64,000 nt of DNA, from the NCBI GenBank assembly GCA_001949185.1, contig BDGG01000005.1:2891972-2955971 (forward strand), given 5' to 3'. Position numbers and translations under genes: made by a program. Below the pieces are notes generated by a model. The model had not been told where the DNA came from and made no database searches. It was given only the letters and a program-made list of their open reading frames with translations. Below, one piece after another: positions 58,246-64,000 of the stretch. How positions within the stretch are numbered: the first letter of the stretch is position 1; the number at the start of each line of letters is the position of its first letter. The DNA is from Ramazzottius varieornatus (taxonomy: Eukaryota > Animalia > Tardigrada).

Positions 58246-61200
58246 GGAAGGGCTCACTTTTGAAGAGTTTTAAAGGAGAAACGAAGAGTAGTTTCTTGGA
58301 TGACGTTAGTGGCAAATGGATCGAAAGAGCATGACTTTTTCGACCGACAGTATCGACCACGAAGATCGAAGAAGAGGTGGCCGAAAGTGACGATCGAGTG
58401 GGATAAATCGACCTTTGGTAAAGTGTTGAACGAAGGTGTACAGTAGATGGCTTGTAAGAGACTGCTGAGTTGCAACTTGGGATAGTGATCACTGATGCTT
58501 AGAGAATAGAGCTTTAAGATGAACCTGCAACATAGAAATAAAACATGAACTTTCTTACCGGAAAAATGGTTCGGGCAGTAAAGCCAGGGTATATGTGAAG
58601 GTTCGGGTCAGCCGCTTTGCGAGTGAGCGAAGTGTCAAATCACAGTACATATAACCTTCCCCACACGCACGATTAGCTCTGCCATCAGTGCCATGCACCA
58701 TAACGCCAAAGGGCAGCACGATCGCGATTTGCCTGTCCCACTGCTTCCTGACAGACTCTGACAGGAACACTGCAGCTCGCCGTAAGTGTTGTGAACCATA
58801 CCCCGAGCTGAGTACTGCAGCGAGCTTCCCTCCCAGACGTCTCCAATTACTCCACTTCCGGGTCTCGTTCGAGCATTCCACAAGACATTATTCTCGGCAT
58901 GCCAAGCACACATTTCCTGCACCAAAGGCAAGCACAAATTACGTTCCTATTTTTAAGCTATTAATATAAGATTCTTGGAACAATTTTTCGGAAACATTCG
59001 GTTCGGATTGGCTAAGCTTATATGATCAAGTCGCGCACAGCATTGATGTCATACTTTTCTGACTTGATATTCAAGACATTTGTCGAAAGGTCAAAGTTTA
59101 CATCCATCACCCTTTTTTTCTCGTCGTGTAAACCTCTTCTGTTATGTTTACACGTCTCAGTTCTTTTTACGCGGAAGTTATTGCATAAGTAAGTGACGGA
59201 ATAGCAGCCTGAATACATACAGACACGTCGTCTCTGTTTGGCCTTTTCCCGAGAAGAAACTTCACATTACTCATCCGAGTTTGGTATTATTCTGGGATAA
59301 AGTTTAGGCTCTGACCGACGCGCCGACACTTCCAATCCATCACGTTGATTACGCAGAGCCAAGAGAAACTGCAAGTGGACAAGTGGTCGGCCAGAGTACA
59401 CAAGCAATGACGTCAGCGAACCACACGCCGTTTGCTCATGAAGGCGTCATGATCACATGGGATATCGGTAGATAAACTCGTTTTCCCAACTGGAGTAAGT
59501 TCTGAATGTTGTTGGTAGGACAGTGCGCCACTTGAACAAGCGATCTTGTCGAATTTTCAAGTGGCGCAGATCTTTGCTGTGATTGGATGAGTGAGTGCGC
59601 CGCTTGGAAGAGCGATCTTGTCAAGATTGTTTGACAAGACGGCACATGTTTCCCTGCCAGCTCACATCACATGCCTCCACTTGAAAGTGCACTGCTTGGG
59701 TGTATTTATATATAGCCAGCTGAAAAACAATGGGAGGAAAGTGGGAAAGAAAGAAAGAGGATGTGCTCGCATGAATATGCATACACTGCGTCGGATGTCG
59801 CTTTCCGACTGTCGTTCGTCAAGAGAGTTTACTTATTATAAACCGAGGAACTGCTCAATGATTCAAGAGCAGGCGAAAGCGGGAAGTCAGATGAACCATT
59901 GTCTGAAAGCGGATATTGGTGAGTTCCGCTTGGGTTCGCTTATGTCTAGTCAACTGTAATTGGAAAACTTCTCCCGAAAATCGCTCAATCGAACCGATAC
60001 CTGTTGAATAAACGAAGGCCTGCATTCCCTGATAACTTTCAGCTCGCACAAACCAAAGCAGTTTTCCAGAAATCTTCACGGTACGGACCGTAAGGTAGAT
60101 GAACTACAAAAATAGCTTAGCTGTTTTTGAAAAAAAAAGGGATTGCTCTATTTGATTTTTGATCAAAGACTTTGAAAACGGGGTCAGTATGCGACGGCAA
60201 TATATCTTGCCACGGCAGGTAGATATGCGTAAATATGTGAGATTTGCGAAGTCCTATGCGATCTTCTAGGCGAGATTTACATGGAACGAAACCACTGTGT
60301 GCCTTATTTTGTCAATATGGCCAAACCAAGGACCCATATGCACTGTTATGAGGGCAAGTTTTTAGTAGCTCTGTCAGTCTGTCTTTACGTACCTGAAGCT
60401 CGTGTTCGGTGAATGATTAAAGACAAAGTATCCAGCTTGCAAATGCGTGGCACAGATTTCAAGAAACATGTTTTTTGACGCGTGGGAGCAATAAGATAAA
60501 AATATTTAGGAGAAACATTAGAATGAACGAGCATGTATGTCCTGTATTCGTTATTATTTCGACTGTGTTACTGCTCATGATCATGACATCATGATATCAC
60601 ACGTTCCGATGAGTACACGAAAAGATTCAAAGTCCTAATCCGTGAACAGGAGGGTGCCAATAAGACTGATCATGTTATCGCGTGTTGCTGTAAGTCCAGA
60701 GATGAGTGGTTTGAGTGTTATCCTTGTGTTGATGGCATCATTCAGCGTACAAAAAATAGCTACAAATAAAGTGCGCTTTAAACAGACACTTGCGGGAGAT
60801 GTCGGACAGCGCAAAGCGTGTGCTGTAATGCAGCACTGGTCGGTGGGAGCTGTACACTATCCTCCCAGGACCCATCAAAGCAGCTCCTCCTATTCACTTC
60901 CGCGTTCTAATTACCATCTCAAGACTTGTCCATAATCTACTGGTTTATCTTTCATGATTGCCATTCCTTGCCCTCTCCAACCTCCGGTAACGCGACCACA
61001 GAGTCTTTGGCGAGAAACAAACTAATACTGTACATGGGATCCAGCCTGGGACACTGGGCCTTGCACTAAGCGGTTTTGAAAGAAGGAAGGAAGCGAAAGT
61101 AATCGATAGAAGCCCGTTACTTAACCATGTATTTGTACTACAGGATGCAGAAAAATGAATCGTTCATTGTCAAGGTCATGGACGGTCCGCCATTTTCTTC

Positions 61201-64000
61201 CGGCTTCGGTCAGTTTGACACTTTCAAAAAAATTTACTAAATGAAATACAATCCCAAAAAAAGTTCAAACAACATGCCGAAAACTCGTGATTCTATCTTC
61301 TCTCAAGTTTAACGTTGTGTTTTTTTCTCATAAATGAAGCGTGGCATTTTGCAGTTCGGCGAACAATCTGGAGCAGGTCGTTCTTCCGAGTGGCGCACTC
61401 TTCCTACCAACAACAGCACAAATATGCGCCAATTGAAAGTTCGGGCAAGGATCGGTCCGATCGAATTTGTTTGCCGAGTTCGTATCTCGGGATGAGATTT
61501 GGAAGGTGGTGCAGTTTTAACGGATGATTGGGAGTCGTTTTCTGACGGGTCGGCTATCGTAACGAAGATAATGTTACGAACAAGGGATATTACACCATCT
61601 GACAATTTTCTGGTTCAATGCCAAAATCACCGCCCGCGGCTCCAGGCAAACCCGAAGTTCAATCTCAGGCTCATGTTTTCAGCATCATCGAAAAGACAGG
61701 ACTCTGGCGACATTTTGCACGACGCAGTTATCGATGATCAACACGTAGTAAGTTTTGGCTCATCACCAGTAATTAGTTAGTGCTAGATTTGACGACAGCT
61801 CCTCTTCTGCTTGATTAACGACGAACGTTGTTTATCTCTCTGATGTTATCATTTCCCCACAGTAATGCTAACTACAGTGATAGTTTTGGAAATTGGCAGA
61901 ATGTAATATGCCTTTGGTATGCGATAGCACGTCATAGAAGTACGACAGTGTTCCGCAAACATTTTTCAAGGCACCGGAATTTCTGCCATTGGATTGTTAG
62001 ATTTTCTGAATATTCGGATTTTGTCGCTGTTTTAATGGGTGGATTGACCTAAATACTATCGTCACACAGGAGTAAACAGAAAGCCGACAGAAATTAATAC
62101 CAAAAATGTGATCTCATCTCTGTGAACTGCTGATCCATGTCGACCAGCTGGCGCATTCTGCGGGAGGCATTTGTCGCCCATTGACGTCATCGCGAATATT
62201 TCGCATGCGACAGGCAGAGAAGTGGCTCCTGCGTGCTGCTTGATATGCATTGACCATTGATGCGACATGATGGTGTGCCGTGAATAATAACGTGCTCCAG
62301 TAGCCGTTAAACGCTGTGAATTGAAGTTTAATTGGCCAAACAGATCCCTACTACCCACTACCCACTACCCACTGCGCCTAATGATTATTATGGTTCTTCA
62401 CAGAGCCCGTAGAGTACAGAGGTCGCCACAAGTTTGAAATGGGAACCCGCCAAATAAACTCGGAACGATTGTCATCTCAAGTGACGCATGCATGCCTTTT
62501 TATGGACAGGAAGTGTGCGCCAGTTGGGATCACGGTCTTGCCGACATTTATCCTCCAAGTGGCTCACATTTTTAGCGTTATTGGCTGAAGGGGTGCGCCA
62601 CTTGGTAGGCAGTTTTGCCGAGTTTGTTTGTTGAGCTTCCAAATGTCCAAGTTCCCGATTGCGCCTTTGGATCCTATTTCAGGGTCACGGATTTTCACAG
62701 ACATGGTTGACAGTTGTCTAGAGTACACAAACGACAGGGGTTTATGGTGATTGCTGCTGCTGCCGCAAAGACAAGTGGATATGATTGATCCCATTGATTT
62801 TTTGCGATTTCTCTTAGTTAGAGTACGGAAAACCTCGGCAAGACGAGACTTCTGTTTGCTCTAGTGGTCGTTGTGATATTTGTGAATTTATTGAGAAGCT
62901 TCAGGCTTTGCCATAACGTGATTAAGTGCACCAGAAAAACTGGAGGGGAGCTGGTACGAAAGGAAACCTTCGCGTCTCGTCTTACATATACCGTACCATA
63001 CACATATATATTTAGAGTAACACCTCCCACGAACGACAGGTCGATCCGCTCGGAGGAAATTCTGGATTGTAATCACGCAGGACGAGAAATTATGGTACAG
63101 TAAATATTATGGGACAGGCCTTTTCGCTACGGCGGTTCGGGAGCACGTACGTGCGCGACCGGTTCACAGTAATACATTTTTGGACACTTTTCTACGGTCG
63201 AATTTCCATTTCGCCGTCCTTTCCGCCTGTCTCATAATTGTACTGCACCATAATATCTCGTCCTGCGTGTACTGACAAAACGTCCATTCACGGGGTCGAG
63301 ATACGTCCTATTATGTATGTAGTCTGGTCGGGACCTGGCAAGACTTCGAAAACTCTCCCACGGATTCATCATATCAACAAAGATGCAACAAATATTCAGC
63401 AACTGAACGAAAGCGTCGTTTTACGACGGTAAATTCTACACTGTATATGTTGGACGACTACCCAATACTGGCTAAAAGAAGTTCGGACGGCATTTTATAA
63501 AGGCTTTGGTCTTGGTGTTACGGAATCGAGGCTTCGACCTTTCCGCCGTACTGAGTAATGTGAAAAGAAGGTCAAGCGTTTCTTCCTTACCGTAGAAAAG
63601 GATATCCGGCTGTGAGCTGGTTAGCAAGCGCTGTAGCCGCCTGAAACGGTCGTTCCTCCAACGTGCCGGATAAAATCCAGGCTCGGTTTGATCAGTGACA
63701 GAATAAAATCGCCTTGTAGGATTTCGGCTTCCCGTAGTTGAGGACAGTCCCACCTCGTGGTTCCACGGATCGGTGTCTTGCAGGTCACACGTAACCGCGC
63801 ACAGATGCACTCTTTAAGATGTCACCACAGGTAAGCGAACAGCGGGAATATCGGTGTGTGGGAGGGACTTGCAATTCACGCCGTTCCCTCTTGCAAAATC
63901 GGTAACTTCCGGTCCCCCACAGGGATGAGTTCGATATACACTGAGCCGAACCCTGAAAATAATTTCGTGATAGAAAATGAAACAACAAGTTGTATGTTAT

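Noticed and set aside
58500-64000. Short ORFs upstream of the Kir gene
   Set aside because: No motifs or consistent splice structure; most likely 5' UTR introns and regulatory DNA of the Kir gene.

Overview
Eukaryotic (animal) genomic DNA with short GT-AG introns, compact genes and many nested transposons. The gene style is consistent with a tardigrade such as Ramazzottius; this is an inference, not verified. Recognisable genes: a gustatory-receptor-like gene and a decayed paralog, a divergent HDAC3-like class I deacetylase with a TE-filled 4.6 kb intron, TRMT5, an inward-rectifier K+ channel, a mucin-like membrane protein and two novel secreted proteins. Mobile elements: a DIRS/Ngaro tyrosine-recombinase retrotransposon, two copies of a CR1/L2-like LINE, Tc1/mariner and pogo relics, and several hAT-type and TA-flanked MITEs. 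The most notable signal is a local family of five paralogous loci (about 29.8-55.5 kb) with a C-terminal chromodomain. Four of them carry 1-3 pipsqueak/pogo-type helix-turn-helix repeats upstream of a chromodomain with a degenerate aromatic cage; two of these four are intact and two are pseudogenised. The fifth locus is chromodomain-only. The HDAC3-like paralog nearby has substitutions at most of its inositol-phosphate-binding residues. All alignments and exon models were made by eye; no database searches were run.
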